From the IMG/VR virus record IMGVR_UViG_3300020152_000001, positions 108,766 through 132,731 of that record: DNA of 23,966 nt. One strand, written 5' to 3'. The translations under genes and the position numbers were made by a program. Shown piece after piece: positions 1-9,223 of the stretch. This stretch comes from a virus. Its lineage: Duplodnaviria; Heunggongvirae; Uroviricota; Caudoviricetes. Under the pieces are notes generated by a model. That model was given only the letters and a program-made list of their open reading frames with translations. It did not search any database and was not told the DNA's origin. Positions within the stretch are counted from its first letter, which is position 1, and each line of letters starts with the position of its first letter.

Positions 1-212
1 ACCGGGAGTTCAATCGTCATTTCCGGCGGGTCTTGCGTTCCGCCGCCGCTGAAGCTGCTGCGCTTCATCGGAATGGCTTCGTACAGCGCGTCATCTTTCT
101 GGATGTCGCGGTCATGCGTCGTGTAGTAATAATTCCGCACGACGCCTTCGAACCGATAGAGTTCGATCGGTTCGCCGTCGTGGGCCGAGACTTCTACGTC
201 CTGGTAGCTCAT
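1..212 (-). CDS. Tail-tip/baseplate hub protein, DUF2163/BR0599-like (5' part only, runs off the window)
   Basis: Not in the ORF track. ATG at 212 overlaps the TGA of the upstream gene (ATGA). Hand translation MSYQDVEVSAHDGEPIELYRFEGVVRNYYYTTHDRDI...YEAIPMKRSSF...PEMTIELP is open to the edge. The G-x-P-I-E-L-Y-x-F start and the position fit the conserved siphophage hub family as I recall it. Confidence 0.8.
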   Translation of the reverse strand, partial: MSYQDVEVSAHDGEPIELYRFEGVVRNYYYTTHDRDIQKDDALYEAIPMKRSSFSGGGTQDPPEMTIELP

Positions 213-1888
213 CCGATTTCTTCTTCAACGGTCGTCACCGAGATCGTGACCTCGGAGTCGAGCATGAAATGCTTGAAATTCACGCGATCGGACGCGAGCC
301 GCGCCACGCGCATGAACGAGATTGAGGAGATGACGTTGGCTCCGGCGTCTACCGGCAGCGCGGTTTCCAAGTGAAGGGTCAGGCTTCCGTCCGTCTCTCG
401 TTCTACCTCCGTCACCGTCAGGTAGATGATGCCGGCTTGCGTAACGCACCGCAGGTGGCGGTGAGCCAGAGAGTCGAAGTAGAAGGCGTAGTAGTCATCG
501 CCGACTTCTTCGTCCGTTCGGACTCGAAGGATTTCGCTACCGGAGTCCGGCTGCGAAACCAGAAAGAGGTCTTCCCGGAACGACGGCAGAAAGAACGGCT
601 CCCGCATACCAACGACGGCATCTAGGAAGACTTTGAAGTCCTGCCGTTGTTGGTAGGTCTCCAGCCAGAACGTGCGTTCGCCGGCAAGACGGGCGATCTC
701 TTCGGCGGAGTAGACGCGAAACTTCGCGCCGTAGTCGAACACTTCCTGGTTCCGGCCAAACACGTCGGAGACCATGTCGTTGTTCAGAGGCACCAGCTCC
801 AAGACAGGCTGGTCCTTGTACGTGTGAAGGACGCCGCCTCGGCCGCCGAACGGCTCCAGCGTCACCACCTTCCCTTCCCACGAAATCAAACCGGCGTTCA
901 CCGGCTGCTGGCCGACGCGGGCTCCGTCCATCCGCATGACTCGGATCACGGGATACACCGACGAGTTCTTCGGGAATTCAGCGCCGATGGGGTTGTCGAT
1001 CGTAATCGACGTGTCGTCGCTGGAGACCACGCGAGCGAGTGCGGTGTTGCCGGTGCTGTCTTCGACGAGAACGAACTCGTCGTCCTTGAAGTCCGCAAGC
1101 GCGCCGTCGACCTGAAGGACGGTGTCGCTGGTCCCGGTGGCGGTGTTCAGGTTCGCGGGCTCATGCCACAGAGGAATTGCGGCCTCTGAGCCTAGGCCCA
1201 AGAACAAGTCGGCACGCCGGCTGCGGATTTTGGTCTCGGAATCTAGGAAGAATTGAAGGTCGAATGTCTGCCTCGGCGCCGAGATCACGGAGATGCGCTG
1301 CTCAGTGCCATCCCACGACCGCAAGACATCGGTCTTGTAGTCGACGGCGTGCTCTACTGGCATCTCCGGCCGATCGAGGATGACGGCGATGCGGCGAGTC
1401 TCGAAGCGGAAAATGCCGCCACCGAGAATGAACTCGTAATCGAAAGCCGCCGAGATCGTGACCGGCGCGTCGTCGGTGATATAGATGTCGAAGGGGCGGA
1501 CTTCGAGAGCGCCGAAATTTGCACCGGCGTCGGCGATGTTCTCCACCCCATCGGCACCGGAGTCGGCGCGGTTGAGGATTTGGTTCTCTTCGAAGAACGC
1601 ATTCCAGATGAAGAACTGCACCGGACGGAAGGCGATCGGGTTCCGAACAGTTAGGACTTCGGGGATGAAGTAGATGCGGTAGTAGTAGTCACCGAGGAAA
1701 TGTCGGTGCAGAAGGCCGAAACCGCCGTTCTCCGGCGTGAGTTCGACCATCGTGTGCGTGGTCTCAACGCCTACAGAGAAGCCGTCGTCTTGACCCGCAG
1801 CTCTCCATTCTTCGCTGGCGACTACGGGGCCCTCGAAGTTTCGTTCACCCACGACGGTCGTCGGGAAGAGAAGGCCTAGGTCAGCCAT
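209..1888 (-). CDS. Tail-tip / upper baseplate structural protein (559 aa)
   Basis: Long ORF coupled to its neighbours. Motifs DYYYRIYFIP..IWNAF and YKTDVLRSWDGTEQRISV..PRQTF resemble proteins found between the tape measure and hub in YuA/D3112-like phages (recall). Confidence 0.75.
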   Translation of the reverse strand: MADLGLLFPTTVVGERNFEGPVVASEEWRAAGQDDGFSVGVETTHTMVELTPENGGFGLLHRHFLGDYYYRIYFIPEVLTVRNPIAFRPVQFFIWNAFFEENQILNRADSGADGVENIADAGANFGALEVRPFDIYITDDAPVTISAAFDYEFILGGGIFRFETRRIAVILDRPEMPVEHAVDYKTDVLRSWDGTEQRISVISAPRQTFDLQFFLDSETKIRSRRADLFLGLGSEAAIPLWHEPANLNTATGTSDTVLQVDGALADFKDDEFVLVEDSTGNTALARVVSSDDTSITIDNPIGAEFPKNSSVYPVIRVMRMDGARVGQQPVNAGLISWEGKVVTLEPFGGRGGVLHTYKDQPVLELVPLNNDMVSDVFGRNQEVFDYGAKFRVYSAEEIARLAGERTFWLETYQQRQDFKVFLDAVVGMREPFFLPSFREDLFLVSQPDSGSEILRVRTDEEVGDDYYAFYFDSLAHRHLRCVTQAGIIYLTVTEVERETDGSLTLHLETALPVDAGANVISSISFMRVARLASDRVNFKHFMLDSEVTISVTTVEEEIG

Positions 1889-1894
1889 CTGAAG

Positions 1895-2947
1895 TTAGGT
1901 GTCGAGTTTCTTGATGGCGAAGCCGTAGCGGCCCGAAGTGTTGATGATGGTCGGTGACGGCGGGACCGCATACTCGCCGTTGGGGTCGTTGCGCCGCATC
2001 GGGAAGCAAATCCACGTGTCGGCGCCGAACTCGATCTCTTCTCCGGCCGATCGGCCTTTCATCGAGATCAAGCGGATGTCCGGGAGCACGCCCAGCATCG
2101 AGTAGACACTGCTGGAGTCTCCCCACTGACCAATGACCGGCATCGCCATCATGGGGCTGACGCCGTTGAGTGGGTTGGGTCCAAGCGGAAACAGCGTCGA
2201 CATGCCACCGGAGCGAGCGCCCACGGTGAAAGGGCCCGAGTCCTGATCGTTGGCGCGGAAGTAGAGCGGCAGAATCGTGTCGTCTCGGATTTTGGCGCCG
2301 GTGAGCGCACCGTCGACGCGGACGTGTTGGGTCCGGCGGGAGTTTGCGTTCCAGTACGAGAACGGCATGAAATGCTGCTCTTCGTCCCAGTTGACGAAAT
2401 GATCGATGTACGGCGAGCGCCCGTACCAGAGATAGCGCGTGCCCGTGGCGAACGCGCCGCCCGGTGAATAGCTCTGACCTAGTTTGTCGAGATTGCCGAA
2501 GAACAGGTGCGTGAAGTAGCCCCGGTTGCCGTTCTTCAGCGTTTCGATGACGACGTAGATGTATTTCGGGCCGGTGTCCGGAGCGAAGAAATGCACGGAC
2601 TGGAACGGACCCGTGAGGTCGTTCGTGCGGATGTAGCGCTCAGACGACGACGCCGCGACGAGCGAGTCTGGTTGCTGCCACCACTTCAACGTGCCGGTCG
2701 CCGGGACGCCGTTATACCCTGTCGACAGGTGATATTGGAGTTCGGTGTCGATGCGCTCGACGCCGTTGTCATCGTCGACAGTGATGATGTTGCGTCGGAG
2801 ATTGATGTGGCAGGCGTCGTTGCTGAGTTGGAGGAAATTCGGCCACTCGTCGACTTGCAGAGTCCAGCCCTGCGCCACGGCGAACGTGACGATCGCGTCC
2901 TTCAACGCGTCAACAGTATTCAAGGAGACGTTGAGTTCGTAAGCCAC
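1895..2947 (-). CDS. Baseplate virion protein, putative receptor-binding subunit 2 (350 aa)
   Basis: Start reassigned from 3025 to GTG 2947, 1 nt after the upstream TAA. The N-terminus MAYELNVSLNTVDALKDAIVTFAVAQGWT parallels the upstream protein. Confidence 0.7.
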   Translation of the reverse strand: MAYELNVSLNTVDALKDAIVTFAVAQGWTLQVDEWPNFLQLSNDACHINLRRNIITVDDDNGVERIDTELQYHLSTGYNGVPATGTLKWWQQPDSLVAASSSERYIRTNDLTGPFQSVHFFAPDTGPKYIYVVIETLKNGNRGYFTHLFFGNLDKLGQSYSPGGAFATGTRYLWYGRSPYIDHFVNWDEEQHFMPFSYWNANSRRTQHVRVDGALTGAKIRDDTILPLYFRANDQDSGPFTVGARSGGMSTLFPLGPNPLNGVSPMMAMPVIGQWGDSSSVYSMLGVLPDIRLISMKGRSAGEEIEFGADTWICFPMRRNDPNGEYAVPPSPTIINTSGRYGFAIKKLDT

Positions 2948-2948
2948 C

Positions 2949-3860
2949 TTAGGCCTCGCGGATATAGAAGAAGTCCGAGATGCCAGCGCGATTAAGCGTC
3001 TGATAAATCGTGTAGGTGTCAGCACCCACGGTCACGGTGTCGTGGGTGTTGAGAATGGCGTTGTGTCCGAAGAACACGTCTTCAAGGACGCCGAGCACGC
3101 CGGCATTGGGGCCGTCGCCGAAAATGTGGATTGGCCACATTGGATAGAAGTTGTCGTCCTGCGGGACTTCCAGCGGGCGAATGTCGACGTTGAAGAACGA
3201 GTTCGTGATGCCGTTGTATTGAGGCCAGAGATAGTAGGCGCCGTCGTCGAAGTGGGCTTGCGGGGAGTTGCCGGTGCCGTGATTCCAAACCCGCTGCCAG
3301 TCGCCTGACGGCGTCCGAACGTGGGCTGAGTCTTCGCCAGGGCCGCCGATGCCGCGATCTTGCGTCGCCACCGTCGTGTAGCGCTTAATCGACGAGGACG
3401 GAGCGGCCACGAGAAGCGGGTACGGGTATTCCAACGGCGTCGCGAAGGGGTTGAAGAAACCCATGTACGCCGACATCACGAAGGTCGAGATGCGGGCGAT
3501 GACGACGATGCGTCGATTGGAAATGTAGAACGTGTAGTCGATGCTGGCGTTGTCCAGGTTCAAGATAACCTGGGGGCTGACGCCGGGTTGGTTTTCGAAG
3601 TCGAGGCCGCTGGAGTAGTTGATCGCCGCGCGGATGCGCCAGCCATAGAACAGCGTCGTCGTGTCGCCGAAGGTCTTGATTTGCACGAAGACGCCGTCGT
3701 CATCGCTGACGCCGGGGCCTTGGAGAAAGACTACATCTTCGACCTCAGGGTCGGCATCGGAATCGTAGTCGATGACGGTCCAGCCCTCATCAGCGGCTGC
3801 GTCGATGAGGTCGGCCAGGAGGTCTTTGAAGTTGGTGGCGGTGCCGGTGTAGACGGCCAT
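2949..3860 (-). CDS. Baseplate virion protein, putative receptor-binding subunit 1 (303 aa)
   Basis: First gene after the tape measure. N-terminal MAVYTGTATNFKDLL...GWT motif typical of post-TMP structural proteins of YuA/D3112-like phages (recall). Confidence 0.72.
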   Translation of the reverse strand: MAVYTGTATNFKDLLADLIDAAADEGWTVIDYDSDADPEVEDVVFLQGPGVSDDDGVFVQIKTFGDTTTLFYGWRIRAAINYSSGLDFENQPGVSPQVILNLDNASIDYTFYISNRRIVVIARISTFVMSAYMGFFNPFATPLEYPYPLLVAAPSSSIKRYTTVATQDRGIGGPGEDSAHVRTPSGDWQRVWNHGTGNSPQAHFDDGAYYLWPQYNGITNSFFNVDIRPLEVPQDDNFYPMWPIHIFGDGPNAGVLGVLEDVFFGHNAILNTHDTVTVGADTYTIYQTLNRAGISDFFYIREA

Positions 3861-3877
3861 GGTGGGTATCCGGTAAG

Positions 3878-3916
3878 GGTTAGCCTAGCTGACGCCTGAT
3901 GTCAACCAAAATTACG
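3878..3916 (-). promoter_or_regulatory. Putative promoter P1 with operator half-site array
   Basis: Minus strand TTGACA (3905-3900), 17 nt, TAACCC. Plus strand GGTTAG-N5-CTGACG-N5-TGTCAA-N5-ATTACG. Confidence 0.55.
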
Positions 3917-3918
3917 CA

Positions 3919-6900
3919 TTAACGCGAAAGCAGGTTGCGGATGCGGTCGCCGTTCTTGCCGATGACGTTCATGATCAGCTTCTCACCTTGGACGCTGCTC
4001 AGGGCCGCCAGGGTGTCGTTCGGGTCGATCTGGTTGACGACGCGGACGTTGACCTCCGGCGGAGCGGACTCGCCCCCGCCCGAGATCACACGGCCGCCGG
4101 CATTGTTCACCTGCTGAAGTAGGCCCATGTTCGCCGCCGCCGACTGAGCGTTGACGACGAATTCGCCCTGGCTCAGAGCACGCGGCACCGAGTCCGAGGT
4201 CCCGGTACCCGGGCCCGTGACGATGCCGCCATCGGCCATGCCGCCGCCGGCCATCGCCAGCATTTGGGCCATACCCACGGTGGTGGCGATGCCCGTCATC
4301 GCGGGCGCAGAGTTCGCGCCGAACGACGCCAAGCTGACCATCGCCGCCGCCGGAGCCCACGCCGACGCCGTCGTCGCGCCGGCTGCCGCGCTGGCGGCCG
4401 TGGCGCTGGCTTGAGCCGCCTGCCCGATCATCTGGTTGATGAGCATTTGGATGCCCATCTGGATCAGGCCCGAGATCAGGCTCGTCAGGGCCTGATTGAC
4501 GACATTGTAGAGGGCCGATTGCAGGTCTTCCGCGTAGACGATGGCACGGGCAAGAGAGTCGCCGAGACCTTGCGACAGGCTCTGAGCGGCCTCGGTCATG
4601 AGGTTGCCGAGAGTCGCTTGGGCGTTGCGCGCGCCTTCGGTCATGCGGGTCAGGCCCGCGAGGAATTGATCGATGTAGGTGCCGTTGCCGGCGGCAACTT
4701 GCCACTCCAGCGTCGCGGCCGTCATCTCCGCGAGATAATTGTTGTATTGCAGCGCCGTGATCGCGCCTTCGTCACGCAGGCGCTGGAGCGCTGAGATGCG
4801 TTGCTCGAAGCCTTCGTCGCTCGCGCCAACAAGGGCGTCCGCCGCAGAGCGGCCGGCGCGGCCTTGCATGACTCCGGCGTCGGCTGGAGTGAAGCCTTCG
4901 ACCGTGGCCATCGCCTGGGCGATGTTGCGAAGCTGTTGCTCGTATTCGTAGAGTGCCTGCGTCGTCGTCGAGATGACGCCAAGGCGTTCCGCGTAGGCCA
5001 TGTTGGTCTCGCGGATGGCGGCGTCGATGCGCCCTTCTTGGTCGAGTTCGGTGCCGCGAGCGTTGTTCAGCTCTTGAAGGCGATTGCGATAGTCAACAAG
5101 CGCTTGCTCGCGCTCGCTGTAGAGGCCGAGTTCTTCATTCGCACGTTGGAGTGCGCGCTGGTTCAGGCGTTGTGCTTCCTCTTCGGAGATCAGTCCGGCT
5201 TCGAGCGCAGCGGCATAGCGCTCACGGGTGAGCGTTAGATCGTAGATTGCCTTCTGCGTTGGGTTCAGAAGGTTGAGTTCGTCGCGGAGGTTGTCGCGAA
5301 CGCGGGCAAACACTTGATCCCGCGTTAGGCCGGCGGCGGCGATTTCACGTTGAGCTTCGGCAAGTTTCTCCGTGGCCTCACGCAGGGCCTCGGTGACCTC
5401 GACGGCCGGGAACATCGACGCCAGCCACTTGCGGCGTTGTTCGGACTCGCGCTGCATGCGGCGAGCGGCGGAGTTATTGCCGTCCGGATTTGCTCCAAGC
5501 GGATCGATGGAGTTGGGGTCGATCGGAGCCGTGACGAAGCCGGAGTCTTGCTGTTCCTGACCGCGCGCCGCTTCCGCAGCACGGCGGGCATCGCGGGCGA
5601 CTTCAGCACGAGCCGAAGATTGGCGCAGGAATTCTTGGAAGCCACTAGCTTCCGAGAGATCGCGAAGCACGCCGCCGAGCGCGTCGCCCGCTTGGGCGAA
5701 GCGGTCGGTGTTCATCGTCCGGGCGATGCGATCAGCGATGCGCTGGCCTGAGGCCATGCGCTCTTCCAGCGAGGTCGTGAAGGCGTCGCCAGCCATCGAC
5801 CCTGCCCGTTCCCAATCACCGCGAGCAGCGGCGCCCACGGCTCCGGCCATGTTGGAGAAGAAGCCGCCGATCGAGCGGCCGGCTTCATCGAACGACGCCA
5901 TGACAACGTCCACGGCCGCAACCGTGGCGTTGATGAGGAAGTTCATCACCGACTTGAAGCCGTTCCACACGAGGCTCAGGAACGACGAAATGCGGTCCCA
6001 GCCTTGAGCGAATACGCGGCCGAGGGTTTGACCGAACTTGCCAAGGTTCTCGCCGAGTTCGCCCATGACGCCAGTGAAGATGTCGCCAAAGGTCAGGCCT
6101 TTGTTGGCGAAGTCATCGAAGATGCCGGCGGCGCGGGCGCCTTCGACAGCAATGCCCGCGAGCGTGGCGATGGTGCCGAGGCCGGGGATGAGGCGCAGGA
6201 AGCCGACAAGGCGCGGCAGCATCGTCGTCGCCAATGGACCGATGCCGCGAACGGCGTTGAGGGCCGCCGGGCCAATGCGGGCCAGTCCCGTGGCCACGGC
6301 CGGACCAGCACTGGCAACGAGACGCGGCAGACTCGCGAGGCCGGCGAAGGCGCGGGTGAAGAGCTGCGGGAACGACAGCAGGACGTTGCTGATCGTCGAC
6401 GCCATGTTGACGATGCCACGGCCGGCCGTAGCGGCGCCAGAGACGACGCCGCGAGCGCTGGCGATTGCGAAGGCGTTGGCCTGGGTTGCGGCGAAGCTGA
6501 ACTGCAGACCAGCGTTACGCGCCGCGCCTGCTACGCCCAGTAGCGACTGAGCGATCGACATTGCCAGCAGCGTCTTGAACGCGGCGATGACCAAGTCAGC
6601 ATTGTCGACCGCCCAGACTGCCGCGTCGCCGATCATGCGGAACGCGTTGCCGAGGCTTTGGCCCAGGCGCGTGGCGAACTCTTGGAATTCTGCCGACTGC
6701 ATCGCCTGGGCGACGCGGCCGAAGGCGTCGGCGAGGCCGGCGTCGGCGCCTGATTGGCCGACTTGCACCAAGAACTGCGTGAACGCGTTCTTGAAGATCG
6801 TCATCTGCGCCGTGGACTTCTGCAAGGCCATGGAGACGCGGTCTTCGTAGAGACGCGCCATCTCTTCGGTCAGCAGCAAGGCCGCGTCGGCGCGAACGTC

Positions 6901-8208
6901 GCCACGCTCCAAGGCGGCGTCGAGGTTGAAGTTCTCGTCACCTGTGCGGCGGCGAATAGCCTGCTGCATCAAGTTGAAGGCGCCGGGAATCTGTTCCAAC
7001 TGACGGCGAAGTTCTTCGGCGGACACACGGCCCTTCGAGAACATCTGCTGCAACGCCATGAAGGTGTTGCGCTGCTGCATGGTGTCGAGGTTGAGCACCC
7101 GCATCGCGCCCGACCACACTTCGAACACGCGTCGGGCCTCATCGGCACTACGGCCGCTGAGCATCATCGCTGAAGCCAGCTTCGGGAATTCTCGCTGGGC
7201 GACGAGCACGTCGACGCCCATGCGGTTCGATGCTTCGCCAACGAAGTCTAGCATGCGCTGGACTTCATCGCCGTCGTCGATGAACGCGCCCATCGACGCT
7301 TGGAAGCCGATGACCGATGCGTTCGCTTCCATCATCGAACGCGTGAAGTTGCCAACCGTCAGCGAGACGAGAATGCTGCGGAAGAGCGTCCCCGCCTGAT
7401 AGCTGGCGTTGAACTGATTTTCGAGACCGCGCAGCGCACCAGTGGCGCGGAAGGCCCCGGACTGAATGTTGCCGAAGGCCCCATTAAAATTGGGGAAGCG
7501 GACGCTGCGAAGGTTCGCCGCCGCACGCGACATCGCGTTGAGAACGGCGATGATTTGCGGAGCCTGCGCCGGCGGCTGCATTTGCTGCAAGCCCGCTGCG
7601 AACGCTTGGAGATTTCGAACGGCCGCTGCGCTGGGGCCCTTCATACCCGCGAGCATTGCCGAGATTCCGCCGATGCTCTGCGTCGCGCCGGTGCGGCCGA
7701 AAGACGACAGCACCATGAAGAGATCGGCGATGCGGCGAGCGACGGCGGGGTTTGGCGCCTTCAAGTTCGCCAGGGCCGCGCTCATGCTCGTGAGGTTTTT
7801 GACCTGCGTGGCATTGGGTCCACGGAAGCCGTTCACGGCCGCCGCGAGCGCTTGCAGGTTCTGGCCGGCGCCGAAACGTGTCAGCCCCGACAGGATCATG
7901 AAGAGATCGGCGGTGCGGCGCACGGCGCCGGCGTTGGGTCCGCGAAAACCCGAGAGCGTGGCCGACAGACGCTCCCAATTACGAACGTTCGACGGATTGA
8001 TGCGAACGTTGGCGATGTCCGCCATCTCGCGGGCGACACGAGCAAAGCCACCGCGACCAGCGATGGCTTGCACGCGCTTCAGAGATTGTTCGCTGGAACG
8101 ATCGAGGCGAGACAGCGCACGCTCGACACGGGCGATAGCCGCATCGAATTCCGCAGCGCCTTGTTTGGCCTGCGTACTGTCTATGCCAAGGCGGAGTTTA
8201 TCGTCCAT
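3919..8208 (-). CDS. Tail tape measure protein (1429 aa)
   Basis: Longest ORF, Ala/Gly-rich and helical. Tape-measure core (ALQQMFSKGRVSAEELRRQLEQIPGA), C-terminal GGIVTGPGTGTSDSVP..LSQGEFVVNA motif, directly downstream of the chaperone pair. Confidence 0.95.
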   Translation of the reverse strand: MDDKLRLGIDSTQAKQGAAEFDAAIARVERALSRLDRSSEQSLKRVQAIAGRGGFARVAREMADIANVRINPSNVRNWERLSATLSGFRGPNAGAVRRTADLFMILSGLTRFGAGQNLQALAAAVNGFRGPNATQVKNLTSMSAALANLKAPNPAVARRIADLFMVLSSFGRTGATQSIGGISAMLAGMKGPSAAAVRNLQAFAAGLQQMQPPAQAPQIIAVLNAMSRAAANLRSVRFPNFNGAFGNIQSGAFRATGALRGLENQFNASYQAGTLFRSILVSLTVGNFTRSMMEANASVIGFQASMGAFIDDGDEVQRMLDFVGEASNRMGVDVLVAQREFPKLASAMMLSGRSADEARRVFEVWSGAMRVLNLDTMQQRNTFMALQQMFSKGRVSAEELRRQLEQIPGAFNLMQQAIRRRTGDENFNLDAALERGDVRADAALLLTEEMARLYEDRVSMALQKSTAQMTIFKNAFTQFLVQVGQSGADAGLADAFGRVAQAMQSAEFQEFATRLGQSLGNAFRMIGDAAVWAVDNADLVIAAFKTLLAMSIAQSLLGVAGAARNAGLQFSFAATQANAFAIASARGVVSGAATAGRGIVNMASTISNVLLSFPQLFTRAFAGLASLPRLVASAGPAVATGLARIGPAALNAVRGIGPLATTMLPRLVGFLRLIPGLGTIATLAGIAVEGARAAGIFDDFANKGLTFGDIFTGVMGELGENLGKFGQTLGRVFAQGWDRISSFLSLVWNGFKSVMNFLINATVAAVDVVMASFDEAGRSIGGFFSNMAGAVGAAARGDWERAGSMAGDAFTTSLEERMASGQRIADRIARTMNTDRFAQAGDALGGVLRDLSEASGFQEFLRQSSARAEVARDARRAAEAARGQEQQDSGFVTAPIDPNSIDPLGANPDGNNSAARRMQRESEQRRKWLASMFPAVEVTEALREATEKLAEAQREIAAAGLTRDQVFARVRDNLRDELNLLNPTQKAIYDLTLTRERYAAALEAGLISEEEAQRLNQRALQRANEELGLYSEREQALVDYRNRLQELNNARGTELDQEGRIDAAIRETNMAYAERLGVISTTTQALYEYEQQLRNIAQAMATVEGFTPADAGVMQGRAGRSAADALVGASDEGFEQRISALQRLRDEGAITALQYNNYLAEMTAATLEWQVAAGNGTYIDQFLAGLTRMTEGARNAQATLGNLMTEAAQSLSQGLGDSLARAIVYAEDLQSALYNVVNQALTSLISGLIQMGIQMLINQMIGQAAQASATAASAAAGATTASAWAPAAAMVSLASFGANSAPAMTGIATTVGMAQMLAMAGGGMADGGIVTGPGTGTSDSVPRALSQGEFVVNAQSAAANMGLLQQVNNAGGRVISGGGESAPPEVNVRVVNQIDPNDTLAALSSVQGEKLIMNVIGKNGDRIRNLLSR

Positions 8209-8216
8209 CGGCGGAC

Positions 8217-9037
8217 CTACGCCCGCCGACGACCTCCTCTAGGCGTCGTAGTCGCGGGCTTGTTTTTGGCTTTCGCCTCCAACTTCCGCTGCTCGATCTT
8301 CTGCTTTTCGTAGAAGTCCTTGAGCCACCAGTTGTCGAGAACCGGGATCACGCGGAGGAGGAAATCGATGTCGTCGTCGGCCTTGATGCCGCGAAGGCGG
8401 CAATAGGCTTCGATCTCTGTCGCTTGAATTGGGAGGGGACCGCTGCCGCTGTTGCTGCGCGTGCGGTGGCAGAACTCAAATGCCTGCCAAGCCCAGACGA
8501 GATCGGGATACACTGTGGGCATGTCGTCGAGGGTCTTCGACTCGATGCCCTTCTCTTCCCGAAGCTTCTGAAGCCAGCCACTATGCTGGGCTGCTGGCTT
8601 CAGAGTCCACTTCAGGAAGTCGATTAGTTTTTTTCGCCGTCCTCATCGAGGGACTGGCGATACGCGTCACGCTCGAAGGAGATCGCAAGAATCTCATCGC
8701 GGAATTCCGCGTAGTCTTTGTTCTTGATGATCGCGAGCTTCGCTTCGACGGTGTTGGGGACCGGCGGGTCGCCTTCTTCGTCGCCGGGAATTTCCCAATC
8801 GGCGATGATGGCTTGCGCCATCAATTTCGCCATCAGGTCTTCGGCGATATGGTCGGGGAGCGGGCCGCGCCGAACGGTGTCGGCGAAGGGCTTGTGCAGC
8901 TTGCGTTGGGTTTCTTGGACGATGCGCGACTTGAAGCGGCGAACTTTGACGCGAATGCCTTCACCGAAGTCGGCCCATACGCCTTCTTCTTCTTTCGCTT
9001 CGTCAGTGCCGAAGCGAGCCTTCAGTTTCTTTGACAC
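8217..9037 (-). CDS. Tail assembly chaperone GT fusion (~273 aa) made by -1 frameshift
   Basis: The -1 frame from 8630 reads KLIDFLKWTLKPAAQHSGWLQKLREEKGIESKTLDD and joins the 101-aa ORF MPTVYPDLVWAWQAF... without a stop. Position before the TMP matches lambda G/GT. Confidence 0.85.
8624..9037 (-). CDS. Tail assembly chaperone G (137 aa)
   Basis: GTG start with GGAG 5 nt upstream. Motifs EEEGVW..F..G..VKVRR and IIADWE; lies between tail tube and TMP. Confidence 0.88.
   Translation of the reverse strand: MSKKLKARFGTDEAKEEEGVWADFGEGIRVKVRRFKSRIVQETQRKLHKPFADTVRRGPLPDHIAEDLMAKLMAQAIIADWEIPGDEEGDPPVPNTVEAKLAIIKNKDYAEFRDEILAISFERDAYRQSLDEDGEKN
8627..8633 (-). promoter_or_regulatory. -1 programmed ribosomal frameshift slippery site A AAA AAC
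   Basis: GGC GAA AAA AAC TAA at the end of G: an X XXY YYZ heptamer just before the stop, with the -1 frame open for 136 codons. Confidence 0.85.
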
Positions 9038-9151
9038 GAGGACTCCAAGGGGAGGAATTGCAGGGACCGGCCCGGACCAGTCCCTTGATCGCAGCAGGAG
9101 GCAGGCGTCTCCGTGGGGACGGAGGGATTAAACCCACGGCCGGGGACGCCA

Positions 9152-9188
9152 CGTTAGTGACACTAACGCCTCCCCGGACCTCTGTCAA
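9152..9188 (-). promoter_or_regulatory. Putative promoter P2 with palindrome over the -10
   Basis: TTGACA (9188-9183), 17 nt, TAGTGT (9165-9160). The 17-bp palindrome CGTTAGTGACACTAACG (9152-9168) overlaps the -10/TSS. Confidence 0.6.
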
Positions 9189-9223
9189 GTCGAAATTAAC
9201 AGCCGTCAGTACGGCTTACTTCC

